NCBI GenBank assembly: GCA_018649885.1
Contig: JABIHA010000018.1
Span: 1 to 64,000 of the forward strand
Length of the DNA stretch: 64,000 bases
Direction: 5' to 3'
Source of the DNA: Bacteriovoracaceae bacterium
GTDB taxonomy: Bacteria > Bdellovibrionota > Bacteriovoracia > Bacteriovoracales > Bacteriovoracaceae
Made by a program: the position numbers and the translations under genes
Notes under the pieces: model-generated
What the model was told of the DNA's origin: nothing
The model's input: the letters and a program-made list of their open reading frames with translations, nothing else
Database searches by the model: none
Part shown: piece by piece, positions 11,003 to 21,322 of the stretch
Position numbering within the stretch: position 1 is the first letter of the stretch
How the letters are laid out: each line of letters starts with the position of its first letter

Positions 11003-12395
11003 AATAGAAGTACTCGTTTTCCATTAGAACATGCAATGCATGTTTGTGACAACGTTTCTCAATTTCTATAACATTTTCATTTGATAGCGGGTGTATATCT
11101 CCCGAGTTATTTTTTTCAAGTAAAATATATTGATAGCTAGGCTGCGGTTTTGAATATTTCACAAATTGATAGATTTGCATTCCCGGTCTCATTATACGGG
11201 GAATAACTCCAGCAGTTGATATGATTTTTTCAGAAGGTTTAATCTCTCTTGTAAGATCAACAAGCTTTTTTGTTAAATTCAATTTCTCTTCAGTCAAAAC
11301 ACACTTTTTACTACTATTAAATAGTGTTGTTTTTACCATCTTTGTGTATACAGAGGATGAGCTTGCAAAAAATAGAATTAATGTCAGAAAAAGAGGTATA
11401 GGCTTCTTAATTAAATCTTTAATCCCACCTTCAAAAATGATCAGGGCGAGTAGAGGGGCGACAAATGTTGTTCCGTATTGAAAATGGAATTTATTGGCCA
11501 GAAAATGGAGTAGGAAATGGGGGACAAGTAAAAAGGCCGTTGCCCATAAAGGCGAGTAGCGTGAGTGATTTTTCTTATATACAAAATAAAGTGGAATGAT
11601 GAAAGGATATAGAATTTTAAATGGTACTGCGTACTCAAAATTTTGTGCTGATTGCAAAAGGAAGCTAAAAGGGGAGTTTACTAGTGAGCTTAAAAATTCC
11701 CCGCCATAATTATAGACTTCGCCAAAAATTTTAGGCCTTATCACTTGGACAAATCCTATCCAGATACTTCCTATGGAAATGAGGATTCCCGCTCGGTTAA
11801 ACTTTTTAAATAATAAGTAGTAAATTCCAAGGGTGATAATTCCAAAAGGAAAGGATTCTCTAAATAGGCATAAAAATATCGATGATAATACTATCATCAA
11901 TGTTTCATCTTTTTTAATTGATTTAATTAGCAGAAACCATCCAATGCCTGACCAGAAGGCAGGATGAACAGGAAACTCTAGACCTGTTAATAGACCTTTG
12001 GAAAAAATGATCATGTAAAATGCAACTAGTTGTTCTGAAGAGCTATGATTTTTCCTGGTATAGTGGAAAGCAAATGGAAATAAGGAAATAAAGAATAACC
12101 ATTCGATTATAATGAGAGAGCTGGGATAGTAATTAAAAAGCCTAACAAGGTAGGCCACTGGAATAGTAATGGGTAAGAAGTGATCATTGAAAAAAGATAA
12201 ATTTCTAATTGTTAAATAAGGGTTAAAGCTGGGTCCACTCGATATTTCAAAAAATGCTTGTTCAAAAATTCCAAAGTCTGTGGCATTTAGACAATTACCT
12301 GCAAGAAGTTTTAGGTTTGTAACGAGTGGCAGGACCACCATTATTAAAAGATAGATGGCGAAAATTGCTTTTTTGGGAAAGTGCGATTTATTCAC
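10959..12395 (-). CDS. Multi-TM membrane protein, GT-C-like (DUF2079-like)
   Basis: DFGIFEQ, DHFLP, FPVHP, RES motifs and about 10 hydrophobic segments. Confidence 0.65.
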   Translation of the reverse strand: MNKSHFPKKAIFAIYLLIMVVLPLVTNLKLLAGNCLNATDFGIFEQAFFEISSGPSFNPYLTIRNLSFFNDHFLPITIPVAYLVRLFNYYPSSLIIIEWLFFISLFPFAFHYTRKNHSSSEQLVAFYMIIFSKGLLTGLEFPVHPAFWSGIGWFLLIKSIKKDETLMIVLSSIFLCLFRESFPFGIITLGIYYLLFKKFNRAGILISIGSIWIGFVQVIRPKIFGEVYNYGGEFLSSLVNSPFSFLLQSAQNFEYAVPFKILYPFIIPLYFVYKKNHSRYSPLWATAFLLVPHFLLHFLANKFHFQYGTTFVAPLLALIIFEGGIKDLIKKPIPLFLTLILFFASSSSVYTKMVKTTLFNSSKKCVLTEEKLNLTKKLVDLTREIKPSEKIISTAGVIPRIMRPGMQIYQFVKYSKPQPSYQYILLEKNNSGDIHPLSNENVIEIEKRCHKHALHVLMENEYFYYAKGEFPLECIRGK

Positions 12396-12402
12396 CTTGG
12401 AC

Positions 12403-13173
12403 TTACGCTCTCAATATTTCATATAGCTCTTTTTGAGTTTTTCTAAATGATTCACCAAAACCTGTGAAGAGATTAAATTTTATAATGGACCAAATTGCAG
12501 AGAATCCATCTTTCCATCCAATTTTCTTGCCCTCATCATAAGTTCTACCGTAGTAGGAAATTGAGACTTCATAAATTCTAATCTCATGAATCTTTGAAAT
12601 TTTTGCCGTCATTTCAGGCTCGATCCCAAATCTTTGGGATGTCAGAATCATATTTTTTATAACAGGGGCCTTAAATACTTTATAGCAGGTCTCCATGTCA
12701 CTTAATGTTAAATTGGTGAACATATTAGAAAGTAGAGTCAAAAACTGATTTCCAAGAGAGTGCCAAAAATATAAAACTCTTGCTTGGTGGCCACCTTTAA
12801 ATCTTGATCCGTATACAACGTCAGCTTTTCCTTTGAGAATTGGATCTAATAAAATTCCGTACTCTGCAGGGTCATACTCTAAATCGGCATCTTGGATGAT
12901 GGCGATGTCTCCTGTCATTTCCTGGAAGCCTCTTGTGATAGCGGCACCCTTTCCCATATTACAGGGTTGGAAGAAGAGTTTTACTTGATCATCACCACTC
13001 AAACCCTCTTGTAGGTTTTTCTTGGTGTCATCACTTGAGCCGTCCTCAACCACGACAATTTCTACTTCGCTTACTTGGCTGGGAAGATTGGCGCTTTCTT
13101 TTTTTACAATTCCAATGAGATCTAAAACGGTTTTTTCTTCATTGTAGACTGGAATGACGATGCTGAGTTTCAT
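12403..13173 (-). CDS. GT2 polyprenyl-phosphate glycosyltransferase (DPM1/GtrB-like)
   Basis: [41 protein letters not shown]. Confidence 0.9.
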   Translation of the reverse strand: MKLSIVIPVYNEEKTVLDLIGIVKKESANLPSQVSEVEIVVVEDGSSDDTKKNLQEGLSGDDQVKLFFQPCNMGKGAAITRGFQEMTGDIAIIQDADLEYDPAEYGILLDPILKGKADVVYGSRFKGGHQARVLYFWHSLGNQFLTLLSNMFTNLTLSDMETCYKVFKAPVIKNMILTSQRFGIEPEMTAKISKIHEIRIYEVSISYYGRTYDEGKKIGWKDGFSAIWSIIKFNLFTGFGESFRKTQKELYEILRA

Positions 13174-13243
13174 AATAAATTCCTAAAAATCTCTTTATAC
13201 CAAGCCTGAGGAGCTTTGTTAATACCGCGGTGCTTGGCGTCTT

Positions 13244-14545
13244 TTACTTAAGTATAATTCTTTCTTGTTCCTGCTTTGTGAAATAGTGGAAAATATAACC
13301 TTGAACTTGCGGCCTATCAACAAAGTTCCAGTTCCTTTTGTGGAAATACCTCTTGGGGAAGGTCCAGTGAAGCTCAATAGGCTTATCAGAATTCTTTATT
13401 TTGCTCTTAACATCCGCAGTTATTTCTTCAATAGTCTTTTTTTCGTAGCTCTTAAATCTGGCGACATAGGCATGATGCCAGAAAAAACTAAATATAAGCG
13501 GGGTTAAAATCGCAATTTTCCATTTTTTTGTAGTCTCAACCTTTTTCAGAGTGTGAAGAACCCCCAGCACTAAAAGACACCAGTAAAAATACATATGGCC
13601 TGCAAGGGCCCTTCTAGACGAGTAATCCATTATTACAAAGTAGAAAACACCGCTAAGGACCATGAGAAATAGAATAAGAATATCTGTGGAAATGGTTTTT
13701 TTGCTGCCATTTTGCTTAAAACGTAGGATTAGAAAAAGTACTTGAGCCAGCACTATTACTGATCCAGTAGCATAGATATGTTTGTAGTAATCAGCTGAGA
13801 ATATGGCATAGAGAAACTGTGTAAAGAGGTGCCATTTAAATCCAAATTTTGCGGCATATCCATAGGGCCAGATGATATTGGAGAGCCATTTGAGAAAAAA
13901 TGAAAGGCCAATGCCCAGAAGAGTTTGCTTTAAAACATGGGTAGTATGAGTGAAAAGATTGCTTTCTTTATGGGTAATATACACACAGTGAGCCACTTCC
14001 CATAAAACCACCATCGGTAGCAGGGTTTCGAAGGTAAAAAAGCCCACCACGTAGGCAATATTTTTTATCAACCAGTTTAGGGTGGTTGGATTTTTGGCCC
14101 AGCGATGAAATGCAAAAACTATAATTATCAGTGAGGGGACCATGGTCATACATGTTGGCCAGTAGTGCCACTCATAATTATTCATGGGAAAGGCCATAAC
14201 AAAGGGTAGGAAAGCGTAGCCAAAGTGAGTTTTAACTTTGATTCGAAAATCTTTAATATAGAGATCACAAATCCAGTAAGCACAGAGTATGAATAGACCC
14301 CAGAGAATAAATTTTCCCAGGAAAAACCAATTTTTTACAAACAGTGGGAAGAAAACAATATGCCATAAGCTGTGAAAGGGATTTCGATGAACCCAAAAAA
14401 GGATCTTTTGTGGCCCTATGCCTCGATGATAAAAATATAAGTGTTCAAAATCATCGGCCAAAAAGTGAACGGGAAATACCAGGCAAAAAACCAAGAAAAC
14501 GGCGAAAAAGGCAATTGGCCCTCTATAATCTTTGAGTATTTTCAT
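13244..14545 (-). CDS. Multi-TM membrane protein, putative GT-C
   Basis: Acidic ADD motif after first TM, many hydrophobic segments, context between two polyprenyl-P GT2 genes. Confidence 0.55.
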   Translation of the reverse strand: MKILKDYRGPIAFFAVFLVFCLVFPVHFLADDFEHLYFYHRGIGPQKILFWVHRNPFHSLWHIVFFPLFVKNWFFLGKFILWGLFILCAYWICDLYIKDFRIKVKTHFGYAFLPFVMAFPMNNYEWHYWPTCMTMVPSLIIIVFAFHRWAKNPTTLNWLIKNIAYVVGFFTFETLLPMVVLWEVAHCVYITHKESNLFTHTTHVLKQTLLGIGLSFFLKWLSNIIWPYGYAAKFGFKWHLFTQFLYAIFSADYYKHIYATGSVIVLAQVLFLILRFKQNGSKKTISTDILILFLMVLSGVFYFVIMDYSSRRALAGHMYFYWCLLVLGVLHTLKKVETTKKWKIAILTPLIFSFFWHHAYVARFKSYEKKTIEEITADVKSKIKNSDKPIELHWTFPKRYFHKRNWNFVDRPQVQGYIFHYFTKQEQERIILK

Positions 14546-15998
14546 AAAGCCTATAACTTTCTACTTCTAAGTGATATTTCCAATTTGTTCGAATTTCATT
14601 ATAACAAGGGTTTTTCACAGGGTCAGCAAGAATAGCAAACTGATACTTTGAAAGTTTCGAAACCTGGGCCTGTGTACATTTCCCAATAAACTCAGCATTT
14701 ACATTGGCGGCATACTGCTCAAGCCTGGCACCTTTGGGAGCATAGAAAAATTGAGAGGACCTGTCTGAGAGTATATAATCACCCTCTTTCACGTAATTCC
14801 AAAAAAGCGTCAGCTTGGACACCTTATTCACTATTTCTCTATCTGATTTTGAGCTGGCATACATTCTATAGGTTTTTTTAATTCTCGAGATACTTTTGTC
14901 GATTTTTGAGTCCGCCAGAGTTAGCCCTAGAACCAAAATAAAGGCCAGCTTAGGAATTTTTAAGGTGGCAAGGCCGTAGTAGAGGTAAAAGAGCATTAAG
15001 AAATAAGCCGGAAAATAAAATCTCTCATAAAGCACACCACCATTTTTAAATAGATATAACAAAAGGCCCAAAAGTGGTGCTAGATATATGTATGGGCTGA
15101 TTTTTTTACTCTTAAAATTGAGGAAAAATATGACTGGTGTGAATGCGAGAATCAGTTTTCCTAGGAAAAATGAGCTCATATGTTTTGGTAAAAGCTCCAT
15201 TGTTAGAGGCTTTGCCATGTGGGCCTTGTAGTAGGTCAGGATGGCGGGAGTAAGAACTCCTGGAAATTGATCTAAAAGAGCTGGAAATAGAGGTGATTTA
15301 ATGGAAGTCCAGTTTCTAATCATTATGGGAAGAAAACTTAAAAAGGCGATAAATCCGCAAACAAGAATTTCTCTGATTTTTTTAGAGGAAATGGTCATAA
15401 AAAGAAATAGCGGAGCAGCAAAGAAAGCAGCACTTAATTTAACTCCTACCGCAAGTCCCATAAATAGACCTATGAGAGCTGATCTTTTTAAGCCTGTTAC
15501 GCGGGCCAAAAATGTTGGATGCCAGATGGTGATGGCGGTTAGAAGTATAAGAAATGCAACTACGCCATCATTTTTAGCGTAGAGAAAGAAGTCACTGCTT
15601 TTATTAATTGTGAGTAGGGCAATGCAGGTTAAATAGGTCCATTTTTTTTCACCGATCTCACTATCAAAAATGGTTTTAATTAATAAACATCCTGCGCCCA
15701 GTGAGAAGATCATATGCATCAGCTGACCCATCAATTGGGCCTTTAGTGTGGCCCCAAAAATCCAAACAGGAATGATATAGAGGTAGTCAAAATATCCGGC
15801 TTGGTTGAAGGGAATAAATTCATGATGCATTTGAGAAAATGAAGTTTCAAGCCACAGCTTTGGTCCCACTAGATGGTAATAAAGTGGATCTCCGTGGGGG
15901 AGCATACAAAGGGCTTCCAGAACTTTTATACTAAAAATTAAAGCTAGGAGCCCCAGTAGAAACTTTTCAATGGTTTGGTTATTTTTAGAAGTAGGCAT
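14523..15998 (-). CDS. Multi-TM membrane protein, putative GT-C
   Basis: DPLYYHL after TM1, KND, AVGVKLS, NW...SPLFP, RFYFP motifs typical of GT-C-like proteins. Confidence 0.62.
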   Translation of the reverse strand: MPTSKNNQTIEKFLLGLLALIFSIKVLEALCMLPHGDPLYYHLVGPKLWLETSFSQMHHEFIPFNQAGYFDYLYIIPVWIFGATLKAQLMGQLMHMIFSLGAGCLLIKTIFDSEIGEKKWTYLTCIALLTINKSSDFFLYAKNDGVVAFLILLTAITIWHPTFLARVTGLKRSALIGLFMGLAVGVKLSAAFFAAPLFLFMTISSKKIREILVCGFIAFLSFLPIMIRNWTSIKSPLFPALLDQFPGVLTPAILTYYKAHMAKPLTMELLPKHMSSFFLGKLILAFTPVIFFLNFKSKKISPYIYLAPLLGLLLYLFKNGGVLYERFYFPAYFLMLFYLYYGLATLKIPKLAFILVLGLTLADSKIDKSISRIKKTYRMYASSKSDREIVNKVSKLTLFWNYVKEGDYILSDRSSQFFYAPKGARLEQYAANVNAEFIGKCTQAQVSKLSKYQFAILADPVKNPCYNEIRTNWKYHLEVESYRLYENTQRL

Positions 15999-16008
15999 TT
16001 ACACCTTT

Positions 16009-16746
16009 CTAGCCGTTTAACGTTCCCAGCATCTTTTTTATTCTAAGCTTGAAAACGGTTATCACAGATTCAAGGATAACTCCGCTGGTCATCTTGCTTT
16101 GACCATCTCGCCTTTCATAAAAAATAATAGGATGTTCGCAGGCCTTCAGCCCAAGTGCCCATACTTTATATTTGAGCTCTACTTGAAAAGCGTAGCCTTT
16201 AGTGAAAATTTTATCAAAGCGAAGTGTAGTTAGTGCTTTTCTAGTGAAGCAGTTAAAGCCACTAGTGGGATCATTAAAAGGGATTCCCGAAATCACACGA
16301 CAATATCTGGAAGCAAAAAATGAAAGTAAAAGTCTTCTAAATGGCCAATTGATGATTCTTATACCATCCACGTACCTCGAACCAATAACGAGCTCACATT
16401 CGTTGGCCTTCTCTATCATCAGGGGGACATCTTCTGGAGGGTGAGAAAAGTCACTATCCATGGTCATTATGTATTCATAGTCCCTTTCTAATGCCCATTT
16501 AAAACCTAATAAGTAAGCAGTTCCAAGACCTAGCTTTCCACTTCTTTCGATTAGGAAAACATTTTTATAATTCTTTTCAGCCTGAGCTTTTTTGACAATG
16601 GCAGCTGTTCCATCTGGAGAATTATCGTCAACGACTAAAAGATTAATTTTGTCATTTATACCTTGGAGAGTTTCTAACATTCTTTCGATGTTATCTGCTT
16701 CATTGTATGTAGGAAGGACAATAAGGGCCTTGCTAAAATCCGTCAA
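16009..16746 (-). CDS. Polyprenol-monophosphomannose synthase (Ppm1/DPM1-like GT2)
   Basis: LPTYNEADN, VDDNSPDGT, KLGLGTAY, MDSDFSH, GYAFQVELK. Confidence 0.88.
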   Translation of the reverse strand: MTDFSKALIVLPTYNEADNIERMLETLQGINDKINLLVVDDNSPDGTAAIVKKAQAEKNYKNVFLIERSGKLGLGTAYLLGFKWALERDYEYIMTMDSDFSHPPEDVPLMIEKANECELVIGSRYVDGIRIINWPFRRLLLSFFASRYCRVISGIPFNDPTSGFNCFTRKALTTLRFDKIFTKGYAFQVELKYKVWALGLKACEHPIIFYERRDGQSKMTSGVILESVITVFKLRIKKMLGTLNG

Positions 16747-16920
16747 AGACGCTCCGAGTTTAACGTTTATCTGATATAATATATCCTCTTTTATAGTAAA
16801 TTCTGCCAGGTTATGCCAGTTCTATTAAAGGATAGAATTGAATAATTGAGTTCATATGGATAATATGATGGCGCCACGCGCGAGAATTTTAAATAGTAAT
16901 TTATTAAAATGGAGTGATAG

Positions 16921-18027
16921 ATGCCTAACAGGGATATTCGAGATTTTGTAAAGCTCTCAAAATGGGCAGGGGAGCGGTTTGATTTAGTTCAGGCCGGGGG
17001 TGGAAATTCTTCTGTAAAGTTAGACAGTGGTGAGATGTTAATAAAGGCTTCAGGATTTTCCTTATCTGAGCTCAGTACCACTCGCGCCTTTTCAACTGTC
17101 AACTGTCAGGGAGTAGAATCGATCTTAGATGTGCCTGAGCTAAAGGCCCTTGAGAAAAAACAAGATAGAGAGAAAAAGGCAAAAGAGCTTCTTGCAGAAT
17201 ATATTGCAAAAGACAGCCCAAGGCCTTCCATTGAGACCTTTTTACATTCTTCATTAAAAAAATTCACCCTTCATGTTCATCCCATTGTAGTCAATACCAT
17301 TGTTTGCCAAAAAAACTGGCGAAAAATTCTGTGTGACTTATTTTCAATTACAGATGTAAGCCCGAGAGGTTTTGCATTTGTTGAGTATGATACTCCTGGA
17401 ATTGATTTGGCCTTACTTCTGAAGGAAGTCCTAGAAGACTATAAAGAGAAATATCACGACCTTCCAAAAGTGGTTTTCATGAAAAATCATGGAATTATTG
17501 TGACCTCTACCACTGCTAGAGAAGTTAGAGAGAAAACTGATGAAGTAGTGATAAAGCTAGAGTCCTATGTCGGTCTAAACCTTGAAAAATATCGTCTATG
17601 TAATAAGGTTTCAGACTTTTTGGAAACTATTACTGACGAAAATTACTGTAGCTACTTATGTGAAGATTCTGTGATCAATGGATACTTAGAAAAAAAGAGT
17701 GAGCTTTTTGGTCTAGGGCCCATATGCCCAGACGATTTTATTTTTTGGGGAGGAGCTCCTTTTCGAATGAATGAGCTGGGAGATGAAGAGCTATTTAAAT
17801 ACAAAAATAAATTTGGTGATCTACCAAAAGTGATCATCTACAACAGAAGAGTTTTCTTTACAGGCCTTAGCATTAAAAAGGCCAAAGATGTCGAAGATGT
17901 TTTTAAATTTCATCTGATGGCCGTAGTGGACGTCGATAGCTCAAATATTGATTTTATCACCATGGAAGAAATGGCTTACCTGGGTGGATGGGAAGCTGAA
18001 AAATTCAGACAAAACCTAAACTCTTAG
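16921..18027 (+). CDS. Class II aldolase/adducin-family sugar-phosphate enzyme (RhaD/AraD-like)
   Basis: GGNSSVK, IKASG, RPSIETFLH, HVHP, NHG metal-binding motifs. Confidence 0.82.
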   Translation: MPNRDIRDFVKLSKWAGERFDLVQAGGGNSSVKLDSGEMLIKASGFSLSELSTTRAFSTVNCQGVESILDVPELKALEKKQDREKKAKELLAEYIAKDSPRPSIETFLHSSLKKFTLHVHPIVVNTIVCQKNWRKILCDLFSITDVSPRGFAFVEYDTPGIDLALLLKEVLEDYKEKYHDLPKVVFMKNHGIIVTSTTAREVREKTDEVVIKLESYVGLNLEKYRLCNKVSDFLETITDENYCSYLCEDSVINGYLEKKSELFGLGPICPDDFIFWGGAPFRMNELGDEELFKYKNKFGDLPKVIIYNRRVFFTGLSIKKAKDVEDVFKFHLMAVVDVDSSNIDFITMEEMAYLGGWEAEKFRQNLNS

Positions 18028-18227
18028 GCTCAATTAGGGCTAGGACTTTAGGAGAAAAGTGAGTTTACTCAATTTTGAGTTTTATTTATTGTAGGATCTT
18101 GCCTCCAATGATCAAGATCTAAACAGTATTTATTTTATTATTTCACAATATAGTTTTAATTTCCTTCTACTCAACTATTTAAATAGAGTGATTTTTTTCT
18201 AAATTATCCGATAAATAAAAGTTATGA

Positions 18228-18256
18228 ATTTTATTTTATTTTATTTTATTTTATTT
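18228..18256 (+). repeat. Pentanucleotide simple sequence repeat (ATTTT)5+ATTT in signal-peptide coding region
   Basis: Directly visible just after ATG 18224. Confidence 0.9.
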
Positions 18257-19980
18257 GGTTTTTTTATTCTTTTTATAATAGTAGACGTTGAGGCAAATCA
18301 GTTAACTCAACTAGGGTGTACTAAAAAGAGAAAGCCCCAAAATGATGAAGTTTGTTCGTTAAAAAAATATTCTCGTAAAGGAGAGCTTTGTATTTTTGAT
18401 ACAAGTACTTCTTATCTTACAGTGAGACTAGTTCTACCAAAAAAGAAAACTTTTTCAAAAGTTGTTGATCTTCATATCCATAAAGAAACTGGATCTATTG
18501 AAGATGCCTTAATTAACTATTCACCATTAAATAGTGAAGAAAGTAGAAAGTGGAGTATAATTTTAAATCCATATAATACTTCCTTAATAGGAAAAACAGA
18601 AGATACTGTCTCAGATGAAAGCAGAAAGAAGTTATTGTACCCTGAGAGCGAGGAAGATTATAGAGTTGTAGAGTCTGAAAAATCTATTGATCAATACCGG
18701 GCTTTATTAGATGAAGCAGAGGGCGCGATACATGCTATTGGCGCTGAGGATTGTCCATTTATTGATAACCACAAAAAAAACTATACTAACCTTGAAGGTT
18801 TTCAGAGAGATGTTCAGATAGATTTCTTTTCTGCGTGTGACAGTAATAATCCCGATCCATGTAATTGGGGAGGTCTACCAACTTTAGATGAGCTTGAAAA
18901 ATTACAAGAAGGGGGAGAAGTCACAAAGCTGAACTCAGAGCTTCTCAGAGAGCTTGGGGGGGGCTTCTCCATAACTACTTTCAACTTGGTTTGGCTTCTG
19001 GGCATGAAGCTCAGCTAGATTCTTTCGACTTTAGCACTTTTTCATGCAGCTCTGAAGATATGCAAACATTAAGTGAACAACAATCATTGAGTGAGGATGT
19101 TATTAGTCAATTACCAGTATCAGCAAAAAAGAAATTTAAAGAGAGCGTACAAAAGCTTATAAAATTCTAAAAAAAGAGTTGAAAAATCTTTACCCCAATA
19201 AATATAAAGATAAATACTTCGAAAATCGCTATGCTTGTAATAGTTCCGAAGCCAGAGAGTTTATTAGTAAAGTAAGGAAAGATCTTAAAGAGAGCGAAAG
19301 TCCCCTGACGAAAAAAATCCTTGTAGAAAATTCTCAGTGGTCAACCTTTATGAAGGAAATGACTGATCGCCAACGGAAGTCACTCGAAGGTGAAATAAAA
19401 AAAATTAAAGATCATTGTGCTCAAGCGGGTGTAATGTATGATGCTGGATGGTTTAGAGATGAAGGATTATCGTTTTGGACAAATCCTCAACTGATGACAC
19501 GGGTTGTTGCGCAGAGATCAAATAATGGTCAATCCTTAGAGAAGGCCAATCAGCTCTATTGTTCTGCTATGAAAGATCTTGAAAGGTTGAATACAAAAAA
19601 ACAAAGAGCAGTTTTAGGTTTAACCGCATCAAGCTTAGCAGCGATACCAATAGGAGTATTGGCCGGACCTACTGCTATAGGTGCATTAACAGCTCAAGCA
19701 AGTTTTGGAGTTGGAGCAGCTGCAGGGTTACTTAGTTTAGGGGTTAGTTCTTCAGATTTTTATGCTTCATATCGAGAGTATGAAGAAGTTCAGGCAGCAT
19801 ATCAAGCTGGACTCTCTAGTTTTCAAGATTTAAATTCTGCCTCTGCAAAAATGTATGACGATCTTTTTTGGATGAGTCTTGATGTGGCCGGTTCAGGCCT
19901 CGATTTTGTTGGTTTTTCTAAAACATTAGGCAAGGTTTTACGTAAGTCTTCTAGAGGAGTAGAGGGCCTGCATACTCTCG

Positions 19981-20004
19981 AAGACTTTAAGACTTTAAGA
20001 CTGT
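19981..20004 (+). repeat. 8-bp tandem duplication AAGACTTT x2 (+AAGACTGT)
   Basis: Directly visible; removing one unit fuses ORF 19179 with ORF 20045. Confidence 0.85.
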
Positions 20005-21322
20005 AATAGCGAGAGCTGATGGTGATGGAGCTTTTAAAGAAAGATTGGCCCGAGAACTTCTCGAAAACTGTCAAGGTGATACCAAGCTGTGCAGAGATGC
20101 TCTTTCAGCTTTGGTCGAACCTTCAAGAAGTGCAATAATAGATAGCATTTTAGGGCGATTAGCAAAGATGGTGCCAGCACCAACAACGGTGGCAGGAGAG
20201 GTATCTGATGCGCAAGTGGCTAGTTTATACTCAGAGAGTAAAGAGGCTCTTGAGGAAATGGGGGTAAAATATTCACAAAGAAGTGGGGGGGACTGTTCTG
20301 AGTGATGCCATAGATTTCAATTGGAATGGGATGAGAAGTACTAAACTGAAGGGAGGGATTACTATGCAAGAAATTCGCGAGCTTCCTCTTCTAGTTGTTG
20401 ATGAACTTCCTTCTAAGAAAATGAAAGGTCGAAACCCTCTGGCCCTATTTCATCCAGAAATGGAAAAATATTTAGAAGTTCTTAGAGAGAAGGGGTATGA
20501 ATTGGTCATTGATCCAACTAACTCTCTATATGGTGCAGGTGCTTACTTTGCCCCGAGTGAAAAATTAATTAGCTTAAATCCAAATTCAAGTTGGCAAACC
20601 TTTCTTCATGGATTTCAGCACTTAGAATTCCATGAACTAATCAAAAGAGAATTTTATACTTTTCAAGATAAAATTATTCGGCAAGGATCTTCAATGGAAG
20701 ACTTGCTTCAACCTGAAATCGTCTCCTATCTTGGGCCTAAAAAAATACAGAGATTGGATAAGTTGATGGGCCAAGGCTTACCCGTTACTGCGGTAAATGA
20801 AACAATGAGTGTATCGGATGAGCTTGATTTGATAGGGTTTAAAAAATGGGTTCCAAGTGCTTTAGGAGGAAAGCTTACTTCTGCAGCACTAACGCAAGAT
20901 TATGCTTTGAGGCACCAAATTAATGAGCTTAGAAAAATTTTGGATAGAGGAGCGACGCTCACAGATGCCCAAAAAGGAGCTTTAAGGCAAGCGCTTTTGA
21001 AACGCTTGGGAGGAAATGGAGTACTCGTAGCCGATCTCTTAATTATGGGGGTACCCCCAGTCGCGATTATTTCTGGAGGAATTCATTACATAAAAGAAAA
21101 AAACATTTATCTCTATAAAGATGATGAGGGAAGTTGGCACATCGTACAGGGAATCAAAAAAAATCAGTAATTAAAGAGTGATAGGGGAGAGGTACGTGAT
21201 ACAAATGCTACTGCTTTAACAAAAGAGTTTTATAATTTTAAAGAAATATTTCCACATGTCGTTGATACCGTTTAGTTAACAATTGTTCATTTTAAAATTC
21301 TTGTTTAAATCCGTAATGGCCT

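Larger units (their letters stand above)
18224..21170 (+). pseudogene. Large (~979 aa if repaired) secreted hypothetical protein split by four frameshifts
   Basis: The four ORF pieces join into one frame with +1 at G8 (18956-18963), +1 at A4 (19151-19154), -8 at a tandem duplication (19981-19996) and -1 at G7 (20285-20291); the 18964-19170 gap is open in the intermediate frame. Confidence 0.75.
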
